NCBI GenBank assembly: GCA_964016885.1
Contig: OZ024756.1
Location: 28,520,001 to 28,584,000 of the forward strand
Direction of reading: 5' to 3'
DNA: 64,000 nt
Source of the DNA: Eledone cirrhosa
Taxonomy: Eukaryota
Shown: positions 11,738 through 25,414 of the stretch, piece after piece
Layout of the letters: each line of letters begins with the position of its first letter
Numbering within the stretch: position 1 is the first letter of the stretch
The notes under the pieces: model-generated
Told to the model about the DNA's origin: nothing
Seen by the model: the letters and a program-made list of their open reading frames with translations, nothing else
Databases searched by the model: none
Position numbers and translations under genes: made by a program

Positions 11738-13693
11738 GTAAGTTAACCTTTCCTCATTATTGTTTACAAACTAATCTGTTTTTGTGTTGTCTGTGGGTTT
11801 GTTTTGACACTTTTATACACCATATTCCAAAGAAGGACGCTGCCTATGGTTTTCAAATGATTTTTGAAAATTATCAAGAGTTTGGAGGGATTTAGTAACA
11901 TAACTAACTTCCTCATTATCATGCTGCTATTTGGAACATAACTTAAAGCTTCTTACATAAAATTAAGATGGAAAGTTTTTAGATAATTATATACACTTTA
12001 AGGTAAACAATTTTATATTGTAGAGCCAAAGGCCGTTGAGTATAAAAACTGTTAACCTAGGTGCTTTGTCACATGTTTGGGGGAAATGGTATAGAGTTGA
12101 CGGTATTGAAATGGTATAGAGCTGACGGTATTGATCTATAGTACTTTGCTGATTCTTTATTGACACCTGGAAGGAATGATGCCAAAGGTCGCCTTGATAG
12201 GCTTTAACCCTTTAATGTTCAAACCGGCCAGAATTCTCTACCTCTTTCTGTTGAAACTGGCTGTAACTACTCACTCATACTGATGTTAAGGTATTGTTCT
12301 CAAAATAAATACTTTCAAAATCTCATAGATTCGATATTATGTGAGGTAAAGCCTTTAACATGAAAATATAATAGTATATATAGAGTAATGTGAATGCTAA
12401 AGGGTTAAACCCAGAATGTAAAAAATTATAGATATTCTATATAGATATTCAATTTGATGGTTTAACACACCAATTTACCCTCCGTTAACATTATTGAGAT
12501 TAATGCTAAGGTTGGTCGATTGGCAATATCGGTAGCTGATCGGACAGAATGCTTTGTGGTATTTAGTGGAAACTCAAATTCAAGGTAGATATTTCACTAA
12601 ATAAATATAGAAATAATATGGTTAAGAAGGTATAATTTTAAAGAAATAGCGAGAAAGGGATGTCTGAGTGAGTATCCTCCACCTCCAGCTAACTTACCTT
12701 CTGCCTCATGGTCCCGGCTGACAAGCTGGAGAATACATTGCCCAGGGGGATGGCGAGGGATACGCACTGGACTCCACTTGTGGGGCTCGCACGTGTGGGC
12801 GGCCAATTGATAGTGAATAGGGTTGTGGTCTGGGGGCCAAGAACTCTGGAAGTCTCCACTGCTACAGGCGCTACCACAAACCTATTATGATTTTCTACAT
12901 CAAGTTCAAATCGCCATGGCCAACTTTTCTCTCTCCTCAAATTGCTGGTCTTGTGCCTAAATTAGGAAACTATCATTATGACAATGATGATAATAATAAA
13001 GGTTTCTAATTTAGGCACAAAGTCATCAAAACGGGGGAAGGAGAAGGTTGGTTATATCAAAACCAGTATTTGACTGGTACTTTATTTTAACAGTATGTAA
13101 AGAGCCAGAACAAATGAACAAATACTACAAAGACACTCTGACTGACTCTGCCAATTCATCAACCTCGGCCAAGTGTCATTTACAATACCTTCTGGCTTGA
13201 ATTTGGTTGATGGAAACTGTGCAGATGCCTGTTGTGTATTAGCATATACCAGTGTAAAATAGTGTTAGCATGGAAAAAATAGATGTGAAACAGTGATGAT
13301 GATGATGAGGATATATCATCATTATCATCACCATTTAACATCTATTTTTTGCATGCTTGCATGGGTTAGACGGGTTGTCCGCATTATGAGACAAGCCTGG
13401 CCAGCTGGCCATGCCGTACCTTACTCAAATGGAACTGTATTTTGGCAGGGATTTTTACAGCTGGATGCTCTGCCTAGCATCAAACACATACCTTATTTAA
13501 CTGGTTTTTTTTTTCCGATTCTCTTCAGAAAACCACCCTTACACACACACACACACACACATATATAATGACTAAATAAATAACCATGGTTTAATACATT
13601 ATTTAATTGATCTTTATTTCGTTCAATCAAATATAGAAGGTGGTGGCATTTAATTCAACTGTATAGAAATCATCAGAATCACTAGATAATATA

Positions 13694-13747
<54 letters not shown>

Positions 13748-13771
13748 TCCCCGACTCAACCCGGGACCTAC

Positions 13772-13799
<28 letters not shown>

Positions 13800-13804
<5 letters not shown>

Positions 13805-13958
13805 AAAAAGTATGACCGCGAGTCCAGAAATAGCCGTCGAAACGGCTTGAGCTCTGCCGTCGGGGTCATACTTTTTCCTATTTCCCACTCTACTACCCTA
13901 AGTATTGAGTACTCTGGTGTGTTATGGTCCATCTGGTTTCTTACCACAATTCCTTTGT
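13800..13958. mobile_element. Short inverted-repeat element with 3' half of a hammerhead
   Basis: Arms ataggaaaaagtatgacc / ggtcatactttttcctat, with GAAA-cggc(ttgagctct)gccg-TC at 13839-13861. It has a 77-bp tail and (TA)n flanks. The CUGAnGA half is absent. Confidence 0.55.
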
Positions 13959-13975
13959 TATATATATATCCAAAT

Positions 13976-14322
13976 GGAGGCACATGGCTTAGTGGTTAGA
14001 GCATTGGCCTTGCAATCGAAAGGTTGTGAGTTCAATTCTCAGACCGGGTGATGTGTTGTTTCCTTGAGCAAGACACTTTATTTCACATTGCTCCAGTTTA
14101 CTCAGCTGTAGAAATGAGATGATACGACTGCGGTCCATATCATTCCACTGCAAAGTGGTCGTGGAGGTGCCACGGCAAAAAAGCACCCAGCTCTCACTGT
14201 AAATGAGGTTGGTGTTAGGAAGGGCATCCAGCTGTAGAAATCAAGCCAGAATCAGTTCCCGTCCCACTCTTGCAAGCAGGGAAAAGTGGACGTAAAATGA
14301 AATGATGAAAATGAAATGATGA
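13976..14322 (+). mobile_element. tRNA-derived SINE family A
   Basis: Near-identical to 6921-7265. Confidence 0.85.
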
Positions 14323-14674
14323 TCCAAAATTAAAATTGAGGGTTGTCATGTCTGAGAGACATGCGCCATATCCACTGTAGAATAAGCTCAAAGATTAGAT
14401 CCGATCATTACATATCAACTAGAAATAGATTGACATATATATATAAAATAAACATATGAAACAATCACAGGGAATAATTTGTAAAGAATGTAAGCACACA
14501 TAACTAGGTAGGTAACTAATTAAAGTTTAACTAGAACTTCAAATATAGATACCTTTTAAAATGATTAATCATTTTAAAAGGTATCTATATTTGAAGTTCT
14601 AGTTAAACTTTAATTAGTTACCTACCTAGTTATGTGTTTATTTTATATATATGTCAATCTATTTCTAGTTGATA
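14323..14674. mobile_element. Long palindromic element with one-sided extension
   Basis: Perfect ~70-bp arms centred on aatgatt|aatcatt (14566/14567). The outer arms 14412-14454 and 14635-14674 pair around a ~43-bp left-arm insertion. There is an ~88-bp left extension and (TA)n on the right. Confidence 0.65.
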
Positions 14675-14690
14675 TATATATATATATATA

Positions 14691-15862
14691 TCATCATCAT
14701 CATCACCGTTTTACGTCCGTTCTTCCACGCTAGCATGGGTTAGACGGGTTGATGCCTTGCTCATACAGGAACTGATTTGGCTTGATTTCTACAGCAGGAT
14801 GCCCTTCCTAACACCAACCTCATTTACAGTGAGTGCTGGGTGCTTTTTTGTGGCGCCTACACGTCCATTGTACAGTGTGGGCTGGGTGCTTTTTTGCCGT
14901 GGCACCTCCACGACCACCTTGCGGTGGGGTGTGTGGGGGCATATTGTCTATATGTTTCAGCTTGTACCCATGGGAGCTCGGGTACTCTGTATTACTGCGT
15001 GACGCCAGAGGTCACGGTCGTGTGTCATTACCTTTGAGAGGTGTAATTGGGTAAGGTCGGCTTTTATCACCTCATCCCAAGTCATTTTGAGTCTCCCCAC
15101 TCCGCTGTTTCCATCGACTTCTAGTGCTCTGCACCTTTTTATGCAGCTGTCATCCTTCATACGCATCACATGTCCATACCAGCGCAACCTCCTCTCCTGC
15201 ACACAGCATTTGATTCCTCTTATGCTCAGTCTCTCTCTCAATTCATTTATGCTTTGTCGTTCATGTATATTACTGTTACACATCCATCGGAGCATGCAGG
15301 CTTCGTTTCTCTCTAATCTACGTAAGTCTTCCACCTTCAGCGCCCAGGTCTCACTACCATGCAACATCGCTGTTCGGATACACACATCATACAGTCTGCC
15401 TTTCATTCTGAGGGAGAAGCCTTTTGCAGCTAGCAGTGGTAGTAGTTCCCTAAACTTCTTCCATCCCGTTCTTACCCTAGTTATTGTACTTTCTGAACAC
15501 CCACCTCTGCTGCTAATTCGGTCACCTAGGTAGCAGAAGCTGTCTACTGTTTCTACAGAGCCCTCCCAGAGATTGGTGGTACTTGTTTCCTGTGGCTGTT
15601 TGCTGCTTGCTGTCCCAGCACAGCTGCTGCATGTGAAGCCTACATTCTTAATTAAGCTTCCTGAGATCCCGCTACATCTCTTGTGTACCCATTGTTTGCA
15701 TTTGGGGCAGAGAATGCAGTTCCTACCTACACCTTTCCTACATACTGAGCAAGGCCATTTCCCTGAGGGGATCTGGGTTCTGTTTTCTCGTCTACTTACA
15801 AGGACCTTAGTCTTTGTAATGTTGACTTTGAGACCCTTTCTTTCTAGTCCCTGCTTCCCTGC
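14691..15862 (-). mobile_element. RTE LINE family 2, 3' fragment
   Basis: GLKVNITKTK, Cys-rich WPCSVCRKGVG...C..C..WVHKRCSG insert, F.YLG, LHGSETW and RRLRWYGHVMRM motifs, and a 3' UTR ending in (tga)n. Confidence 0.9.
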
Positions 15863-17939
15863 ATATAAATATATATATATTTATATGACTCAACTAGAAT
15901 GTAAACACATCTAAACCAAATCCATGCTATTCATGAACTCATGCAAGCGCAAATCATAATCCTATAATTGACCCTACTCTCAAAATCGTACTGCATCAGC
16001 CATATATTCAGTTCAAACACGTCCTTGAAAACTATATAGCCCAACGCTCTCAGCCAAACAACAACCAACTTGCTTCAGTTACTGGTATGGGGGTAATGGA
16101 TGCCATCAGTCTGCAGTGGTTATATTACATAATTTATATATTGATCATATGTAAGTCTTGCCAACTGAGTAGAATATGTGCTTCACTAAAAAGGTCCAAT
16201 AAGACTGAAACATATACATTACTTTTATCAGTTGCCTTTAAGCTTTTTAGAATATTTCTTATGAAAGACATTACCTATGATTTTTGAAACTCATTTTGAA
16301 AATCAGGAATTTGAAGGGATTTAGTAATATAACTACAATTTTGGTTATTAAGTTAGTCTTTGGAACATAACTTAAAGGTTCTAATATAAAATTATTATGA
16401 AGGTTTCTTTTTGTTTTTAGATAAAAAGGGCTGTTTCAAGTGGTTTGATATCAAAAGGGCCAATGGCCAGACAGCTTCTAATTTTCATTGTGTGAAAGCA
16501 CATGGCCTAGTGGTTAGTGTTGTAATCATGATCATAAGTTTGTGAGTTCAGTTCCTAGACTGGTCAGTGTGTTGTATTCTTGAGCAAGATGCTTCATTTC
16601 ATGTTGTTTTTTCATGATCGGGCTGGAACTTCCTATCATGAGATGTAACCTCATAAGTGGTCAACTAAACCTACATGTGTGAGCTTTAAATTTCATTTTT
16701 TTCTCTCAATCTCCATTGTCTATACTGTCCAACAGTTTCGATCAATTGATCTTATTAGAGTTATTTCCCTTGTTTAGCCCCTGGTCAAACCTGGTGGCTG
16801 CAAATCTAGGATCAAAGATATTCCAAGTGTGACCACCCTGTCTTATTTGCAGGCAGACTATCTAGAATTATATTATTTTTGTGCATCCATCACTTTTTTT
16901 AACGACTATATCGTGTGATATGAGGAGGATTTGGCTGCTATTGTTACGAAGGTCAAGCGACCACAGAGACGAACCAAAATGATGTTCCGCTTCAGGTCAT
17001 CTGATATTGAGTTGATTTAATCGTTCCAGCCATGATCATTCCGTCTTATTTTCAGATCAAGTCTCTAGGACTACATTATACAATGTGTGCTTCTCTTTTA
17101 TAGAAGGTAGGTGTGAGTGTGTGTGATGGTGATTTGTGATTTTGAGGGAGATTTAGCTGTTATTTCTCGCTTGTCGAGTGATCACATAGAGCTTTCTTCC
17201 TCCCTTCTCATTGAATGTCGTCGTTCACCTTCGTTTGTTATTGTTGCTGTTTGTTGTCGTAGTCACAGTGACACACTCCGTTTCTTTTATCAGCTGACTT
17301 TGTACAACAAACGTCACTGGCTATAGTGTTGAACACACGGCTTCAACTCTGCTGCTACAAGCTGTATTGGAGTTGGTGAGCTGTGATACACACTCACACA
17401 CACAGACAGACAGACACGGACACACACACATACAGGCACATAAGCACTCGCATACACATACAGGCACATAAACATACACACACACACACACTCACACACA
17501 TACACGCACATAAACATTCACGCACACAGACAGATGCGCACACACAAAGACAGTCACACACGCACACAAACATACACACACGCAGACATACAGACACTCA
17601 CACACACACACACAGTTCATTATTCACACTAATCACGGAGTATTGTTTTACATGAATGAACCTCCCCCAACTCTCCCTCCTTCCTCTCTATCTCCCCCTC
17701 TCTCTTTCTCTACCATCTCTCTCCCTCTTTTTCTCCTCCCCTTCTCTAAATTAATTCATATTGTTTACAAATCCTTGTTTATCACCTAATAGTGCACACA
17801 CAGATTATACATACTCACACAAATTATATACAAACACACACATATATATATACATATACAGAGATTATATACACATATATATATATACACACATGTACAT
17901 AGTTATCTAAATTTTATCACTAAGCCAAAAGTCTACTTT

Positions 17940-19090
17940 AAAAATTGGATGCAGGGTGGGGGTGGGGGAAGGCCCATGGAAAGAGGTGAAACGACAAATA
18001 ATGGATTGAGGGGGGCATGTTTAGATGTGGGAAGACCCTAGGAAAGAGGTGAAACGACAAAATTGGATGCGGGGGCATGTTTGGATGTGGGAAGGCCCGA
18101 GGAAAGAGGTGAGATGACAAAAATTGGATTGAAGGGGCATGTTTGGATGTAGGAAGGCCCGAGGAAAGAAGTGAAACAAAAATTGGATGGAATGGGCATG
18201 TTTGGATGTTGGAAGGCCTGAGGAAAGAGGTGAGATGACAAAAATTGGATTGAAGGGGCATGTTTGGATGTAGGAAGGCCCGAGGAAAGAAGTGAAACAA
18301 AAATTGGATGGAATGGGCATGTTTGGATGTTGGAAGGCCTGAGGAAAGAGGTGAGATGACAAAAATTGGATTGAAGGGGCATGTTTGGATGTAGGAAGGC
18401 CCGAGGAAAGAAGTGAAACAAAAATTGGATGGAATGGGCATGTTTGGATGTTGGAAGGCCTGAGGAAAGAGGTGAGATGACAAAAATTGGATTGAAGGGG
18501 CATGTTTGGATGTAGGAAGGCCCGAGGAAAGAAGTGAAACAAAAATTGGATGGAGTGGGCATGTTTGGATGTTGGAAGGCCTGAGGAAAGAGGTGAGATG
18601 ACAAAAATTGGATTGAAGGGGCATGTTTGGATGTAGGAAGGCCCGAGGAAAGAAGTGAAACAAAAATTGGATGGAGTGGGCATGTTTGGATGTTGGAAGG
18701 CCTGAGGAAAGAGGTGAGATGACAAAAATTGGATTGAAGGGGCATGTTTGGATGTAGGAAGGCCCGAGGAAAGAAGTGAAACAAAAATTGGATGGAGTGG
18801 GCATGTTTGGATGTTGGAAGGCCTGAGGAAAGAGGTGAGATGACAAAAATTGGATTGAAGGGGCATGTTTGGATGTAGGAAGGCCCGAGGAAAGAAGTGA
18901 AACAAAAATTGGATGGAGTGGGCATGTTTGGATGTTGGAAGGCCTGAGGAAAGAGGTGAGATGACAAAAATTGGATTGAAGGGGCATGTTTGGATGTAGG
19001 AAGGCCCGAGGAAAGAAGTGAAACAAAAATTGGATGGAGTGGGCATGTTTGGATGTTGGAAGGCCTGAGGAAAGAGGTGAGACAAAAATG
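17940..19090. repeat. 121-bp higher-order tandem repeat of two ~60-bp diverged subunits, ~9 copies
   Basis: aaattggattgaagggg recurs at 18121, 18242, 18363 and so on. Subunits A and B alternate and share gcatgtttggatgt.ggaaggcc.gaggaaaga. Confidence 0.95.
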
Positions 19091-19360
19091 AGGGGTTTAT
19101 GAAAAGATGAGTGTGATGGTTGTGTTTTCTAATGCATGCATGGTCAGCTGCCAGGAGCAGATCAACCTCGATCTTCAAAGACTGCCACAAAGCACTCAAT
19201 GAAAGAGTAATTAATAAATTTCTCCTCGGAGTGAACACAGGAAGTTAAGTAATAGTGACACAATGAATAATGTGACCAGAGGCATGTTGCCACGTTAATA
19301 CTACAACAATGAAAATACAAACAGGTTAAATATATACACGTATGCACACACACGTATATA

Positions 19361-19429
19361 TTGGGTCGTCAAGTATGAAATTTGTAGAAATTGCTTTTTT
19401 TTCTACAAATTTCATACTTGATGACCCAA
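19361..19429. mobile_element. Tc1/mariner-type minimal MITE (MADE-like)
   Basis: 30-bp TIRs ttgggtcgtcaagtatgaaatttgtagaaa / tttctacaaatttcatacttgatgacccaa, flanked by TA on both sides. Confidence 0.65.
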
Positions 19430-19444
19430 TACTTGCTCCTCTCT

Positions 19445-19915
19445 AAGACAGTGTCACTGGATTGAGATCTTTGGCACCATGCAGTAATACAGAAGACCCA
19501 CCTTCCCTACGTGCAAAGTTAACTTACAGTCAGTAGGCCCCTCCAAACCAAACTTACACTCCAACCCACTACCCCTACTCCATCCTTCCACTCCTGCCAA
19601 CACCACCCTTTCTCTATAAAGTTATGTTGGTACCACAACATCCAGTCCAAACCAATGAGGTCGTGTAGGTGTCACAACAAAAAAAAAGAAATACACAGTC
19701 CACACTGTAATGTGGTCATGTAGGTAACACGGTAAAAAGCTCCCAGTCCACACTGTAAATGTGGTTGGTGTTAGGAAGGGCATCCAACCGTAGAAAACCT
19801 GCCAGATAGTCCTATACGAGCGAGACATGGTCACTCGACCAATCTTGCCTCAAACGGGACAATTTCCGTCTAACCCATGCTAGCATGGAAGGTAAGATGT
19901 TAAAACGATGATGAT
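19445..19915 (+). mobile_element. RTE family 2 3' UTR fragment
   Basis: cagtaatacagaagaccc ORF end, ggaagggcatcc module and tctaacccatgctagc...(tga)n tail. Related copies at ~38405-38720, 51650-52390 and 62226-62660. Confidence 0.7.
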
Positions 19916-19929
19916 GACACACACACACA

Positions 19930-20198
19930 TCATCATCATTTTACGTCCGCTTTTCCCTGCTTGCAAGGGTGGGATGGGTCCTCTTCAGCACAGCATCTCT
20001 CCACTTGTCATGGTCCTTCGTCATCTCCACCGTGAGCTTCAGCGATCTGAGGTCTGCTCTCACCACCTCCGCCCATGTTTTTCGTGGTCTACCTCTACTG
20101 CGTCTTCCTTCAACTGGCATTTCTTGGCACTTCTTCACCCATCTGTCATCCTCCATGCGCATCACATGTCCATACCATCACAGTCTCCTCTCCCGCAC
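19930..20198 (-). mobile_element. RTE family 1, 3' fragment
   Basis: MRMEDDRWVKKC...RGRPRKTWAEVV; matches the 28848 element. Confidence 0.9.
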
Positions 20199-20483
20199 AT
20201 GTATATATATCATCATTATCGTTATAACATCCGCTTTCCCTGCTAGTGTGTTGAACTTCTGTGAGTGTTCCAGTTGTTCGATCAATGGAACAGCCTACTC
20301 ATGAAATTAACGTACAAGTGACTGAGCATTCCACAGACACACACGTGTATCCTTAATGTAGTTCTCATGTAGATTCAACATGAAACAGGGCGTGACAAGA
20401 CTGACTTTTTGAATTACAAGTACAGTTCATCCTTTTTTTCCACCTGAGTGTACAGGGTCAAGAATAAAAAAGAAATGTCTTAT

Positions 20484-21120
20484 TTAACCCTTTAATTACC
20501 AACCTCACCAAAACCGGCTCTGTTTCTATGAAATAAAGTCACTCATTTTAAAGGTTTTCAATTTAAATTAAAATCTTCCAACATAATTTTATATAAGAAC
20601 CTTATATTAACGCTTTAGCATTTAAACAGGCTTTATCCGGCAAGAATCTCTCACCTCTTTCTGTTCAAACTGACCATAACTGGCCCCTCATACTGATGTT
20701 AAAGTATTGTTCTCAAAATAAATATCAAAATCTCCTTGATTTGATATTATGTGAAATAATTAAAATACAATAATATATATTGAGTAATCTAAATGCTAAA
20801 GGGTTAAATTACTATCTTAGTATAAAATAATTAATACTTTTAGTAAATCCTTCAAAATTCTTCACTAATTAGCATTTACATTACTCTATAATATTCTATT
20901 GTATTTTCGTGGTAAAAGCTTTATCTCGCATAATATCCAATCTATGAGATTTTGATATTATATATTTTGAGAACAATACCTTAACATCAGTATGTGTGGC
21001 CAGTTATGGCCAGTATGAGCAGAAAGAGGTGAGAGAATTCTGGCTGGATATGGCCGGTTTAAATGCTAGAGGGTTAAAATAGAGTGTATTTAATTAAAAT
21101 TGTGGTCTTGGAAGGGTTAA
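20484..21120. mobile_element. piggyBac-like MITE family 2 carrying two nested family-1 MITEs
   Basis: TTAACCCTT...AAGGGTTAA ends. The uninterrupted homologue at ~57700-57920 shows the empty TTAA sites. Confidence 0.75.
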
Positions 21121-21615
21121 GTTACTATTTTAGTAATGAAATAATTAATACTTTTAGTAAATCACTCAAAATTCTTTATTAATTAATTAAAATAGAGTGT
21201 ATTTCATTAGAAATGTGGTCATGAAAGGGTTAAGCACACAACAGATCAAATGTATCAGCTATTTTTTTAAAGATGGCAGGGTGTGATTTGAGAGAGACTT
21301 AACTGGTATTTTTAGCTGGGCAAGCCTCCATGTAGACACTCCCTTGGTGGCTGTTGTATGTATAATAATTCACGAGTTTATTCTCTCAGAGAATAAGGAA
21401 ATGAAAATATTTAAAAATATAAATTTAAAAATCCAATATAAATTGATGTGGGATAGGTTCAGAAATGGTTGTATTTGTCTCTCTGTGTCTCTAAAATAAG
21501 AGAGATGGAGAGAGAGAGAGGGGCTCAATGAAAAAATAATCAATATCTGATCACATAAGTTAAATTCCTTGACAATATATGCACACACACGTTTGTATAA
21601 ATATATATATATAAA

Positions 21616-21689
<74 letters not shown>

Positions 21690-23964
21690 TATGTTATATA
21701 TATATAAATGTGTGTGTGTATCTATATATATATGCATGTATGATATAATAAATGGGATGGGTTGGTGGGGGGTCTAAATCTGTAAATTAAACCCCCAAAA
21801 TAAAAAATTAAGGGAGACAACCTAGAAAAATTATTAATTTTCCATTGTTTATTTCAATCTCCTTTCCTATTATTTGTGACATGAGAGTAGTCAAGTGGTT
21901 AAGTAATAATAATATTGTGTACAGTGCTCAGGTGCACTACAAATCATCAAAGGTGCATGTATAGTACATGGGCATTTATCATAAGCACTATGACTGTGTT
22001 GCCTTAAAAATTAGTCTTTATCGTCATTTACTGCAAATTTTCCCAACGATCTGTCCGCTAGTAAAGATATAATCATTTGAATTAAACCACATGAAACTAC
22101 TTTATCAGCAAGGCATTCTTGATAAGTACAAAATAACACTGTGACTGCATCACATTAAAAATTAATCTTTAATTTAATTGCAAATTTTCACAATGATCTG
22201 ATGAAAGTACATTACCAGGACCTTGAAACGTACAAAACAGCATTGTGACTGCATCGTATTAAGAATGAAAGTATTTACTTTAGTTTACTACAGAATTTCA
22301 CAATGATCTGTCCATTAATAAAGATGCTATAAACATTTGAATTAACAAACCCATTTTTTAGGCATTTTCTATATCGAATCAGTTGACAAAATTCTAGACC
22401 TGATTTGCTTACTGAGTGGAGTGGAACTCATCAAATCGGACCAAGGAAACAATGTTTCTATTGGTCTTTCCAATACTGATACTCTCTACTGGTGGCAATT
22501 TCTGGTAGAAAGAACAATGTGAAATTATGTGCCTTGCTCAAGGACATAACACATTGCCCAGTCTGGGAACTGAACTTGCAACTTCATGAGTGCAAATCCA
22601 ATTCTCTAACTACTAAGCTACACTAAATCATTACAGGATATTAAGAGTTAATCGGACACCCTAACTTTGCCAATTCACTGTCTTACTGTTGCTAATTTAA
22701 CATAAAGCAGGTTCTTTATAGTTCTTGTTTACACTTTAACTCTCTATCAAGCATTCGTTATAGGACGGAAATTGGGTGGTTAGTTTTTCTGTGACTGTTA
22801 TGACCTTGAAACCACATGTTATTGAACAGATTTCTGTTGGAAAATTGTGAAACTACCTGTTAGAAATGTAATAATAGATGGTGGTGATGATGATGCCTGT
22901 TGTATCATCATCATCATCATCATCATTTTTAGATAAATATAAGCACTGTAAATAGTTATCACTGTAAATAGTTACATGTGGAGTTATATTAATGTGGTTT
23001 CATGCAGGTTGATGTCGAAAGACTTAAGGCTATTTATCTCGCTTAACCCTTTAGCATTTAATCTGTCCGTATCCGGCCAGAATTCTCTCAAATCTTTCTG
23101 TTCAAAGCAGACGTAACTGATTGGTCATACTGATGTTAACATATTGTACTCAAAATAAATATCAAAATCTCGTACATTTGATATTAAGTGAGATAAAGCC
23201 TTTTCTGTGAAATATAGAGTAATGTGAAAGCTGAGGTTAGCCTGCATGTCCTACGATAGGTTTCATACTCATCATGGGGTACTTTGTTTTACAGTTGGAT
23301 GCCATTCTTTTGGCCAACCCTTTTAGTCACCTCTTACATGATGTAGGGTTACAGTGTGTCTATTCTAAATCAGATATGCTCAGAGCTAGAGTACTGTTTA
23401 TTATGAAGTGTCAAAATATTTCATCACACTTCTGCGACCTGGTCACAGTCACAGTTTCACTTAGTGTATTACATGTGGAGTTATATTAATAGGCAATCTA
23501 AGAGACTCTAAAAAAATGCACAAAAAACAAAACATGGAATAAACAAGCAAGGGAGATAACACTCATAAGATTGGTTGATTAAAATTTTTGGACAGTGTAG
23601 ACTATTGAGATTGGAGTGGGTTTGTATCCTAAATATAAATATGGCCAGTTGAGCAGTAGATATGGCGGTCTTTCTCTCATATTTATTGTGTGTCCTGTGT
23701 TTGGTGCATTCTCTATATTAGTGTGTCTGTCCTGTGTGTTGTGCGCCCGCTATGTTTGTGTGTGGTGCGTCCTCTATATTTGTGTGTGTCTGTCTTGTGT
23801 GTGGTGTGACCTCTATATTTGTGTGTGTATGTGGAGTGACCTGAATACCTGTGTGTGTGACCTTTATAAGTGTGTGTGGGTGTATTTTTAAACATTCTGT
23901 AGTAATCATCTACAACCAACAAGTGTCTAACAGCTTTTGATGTAAGCCAGTTGGAGGGCAGTTT

Positions 23965-24040
<76 letters not shown>

Positions 24041-24043
24041 ATT

Positions 24044-24075
<32 letters not shown>

Positions 24076-24119
24076 TACGATATTAACAAATGGAAACTAT
24101 ATTTATAAAACCATATTTA

Positions 24120-24180
24120 TTTCATTATACATATTTCAAGGACACCAAGTTAAATTATGGTGTGCTTTCATCAGACAAAA
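24120..24180 (-). ncRNA. Type I hammerhead ribozyme motif within a ~190-bp element (24077-24264) in (TA)n
   Basis: Reverse complement: ttttgt-CTGATGA-aagcacacc..ggtgtcctt-GAAA-tatgta-TA-atgaaa. Homologous to 59051-59110. Confidence 0.7.
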
Positions 24181-24262
24181 TATAATATAGAACAGTTTTA
24201 TAAATAAATATTGACATACCCTTAAAAAATGCAACCATTACTGTTGGAAGCTCCCGGATAGT

Positions 24263-24307
<45 letters not shown>

Positions 24308-25414
24308 TGTGTATGTGTGTATATATATGTATGTGTGTATATATATGTATGTGTGTGTGTATGTGTGCATGAATATATATATGCGTGTGTGTGTGTATGT
24401 ATATATATGTGTATACATTCATGCATGTGTGTATATATGTGTGTATGTGTGCATGTATATATATGTGTGTGTGTGTGTGCATGTATATATATGTGTGTGT
24501 GTGCATGTATATATATGTGTGTGTGCATGTATATATATGCGTGTGTGTGTGTGTGTGTGTATATATGTGTAAACATTCATACATGTATGTGTGTATGTGT
24601 GCATGTATATGTGTGCATGTGTGTATATATATATATATATATATGTGTAAACATTCATACATGTATGTGTGTATGTGTGCATGTATATGTGTGCGTGTGT
24701 GTATGTATATATATGTGTGTATACATTCATACATACGTGTGTATGCACACACAAGTGTATTATATAATTGTGTATCTTTGAATGAGAGTGGTGTATACAC
24801 ATTCTGTAGCTAGTTGTAATGATTGTTGTTGGTGGTGATAATACTTTATAAAGTGGTTTTTATGGTCTATCTCTATTATTCTGATTATATATTTCAGTTT
24901 TTCTTCTTGTTGTTGTTTAACCCTAGGTTAAGTCTGATTGAGTAGATATGATCAAAAACTGTTCAAGTCGTGGCTACATCTTTTTATTTATTTAATTTAA
25001 CCCTTTAGCATTTACATTACTCAATATATACTATTGTATTTTAATGGTTTCAGTCATTAGATTACGGCCATGCTGGGGCACTGCATTGATTTAATTGATC
25101 CTGTATATTTAGTTGACCTCAGTACCTTTTTTTTTCAAGTCGGGTACAGGTTTTATTGATCTTTTTTGTTGTTTTTTTAACTGCTAAGTTACAAGACATA
25201 AACACAGACAAAAATGTAAATATAGATATGAACACATATCACCATCATCACCACTGTTTAACATCAGTTTTCCCTGCTTGTATGGGTTGGACAGGTTGTC
25301 ACATTCTGCAGTTTAACTGGTCAGGTGACCATGTCTCACCCATACTTTCCATTCTGGTATGGTTTCTATAACATGATGCTCCTTCTAACACCAAACACTT
25401 TAAAGTATGTACTG

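Noticed and set aside
11738-11895. ORF continuation of SNRK to 250 aa
   Set aside because: Kinase similarity ends at a consensus GTAAGT donor; the remainder is intron read-through.
17938-19238. 300-400-aa ORFs in three minus frames
   Set aside because: A 121-bp repeat lacking stops on one strand; the period is not a multiple of 3 and there is no protein signature.
22193-22240. CTGATGA...GAAA-cg-TA hammerhead-like string
   Set aside because: No stem I pairing, and it lies in a degenerate local repeat not bounded by (TA)n.
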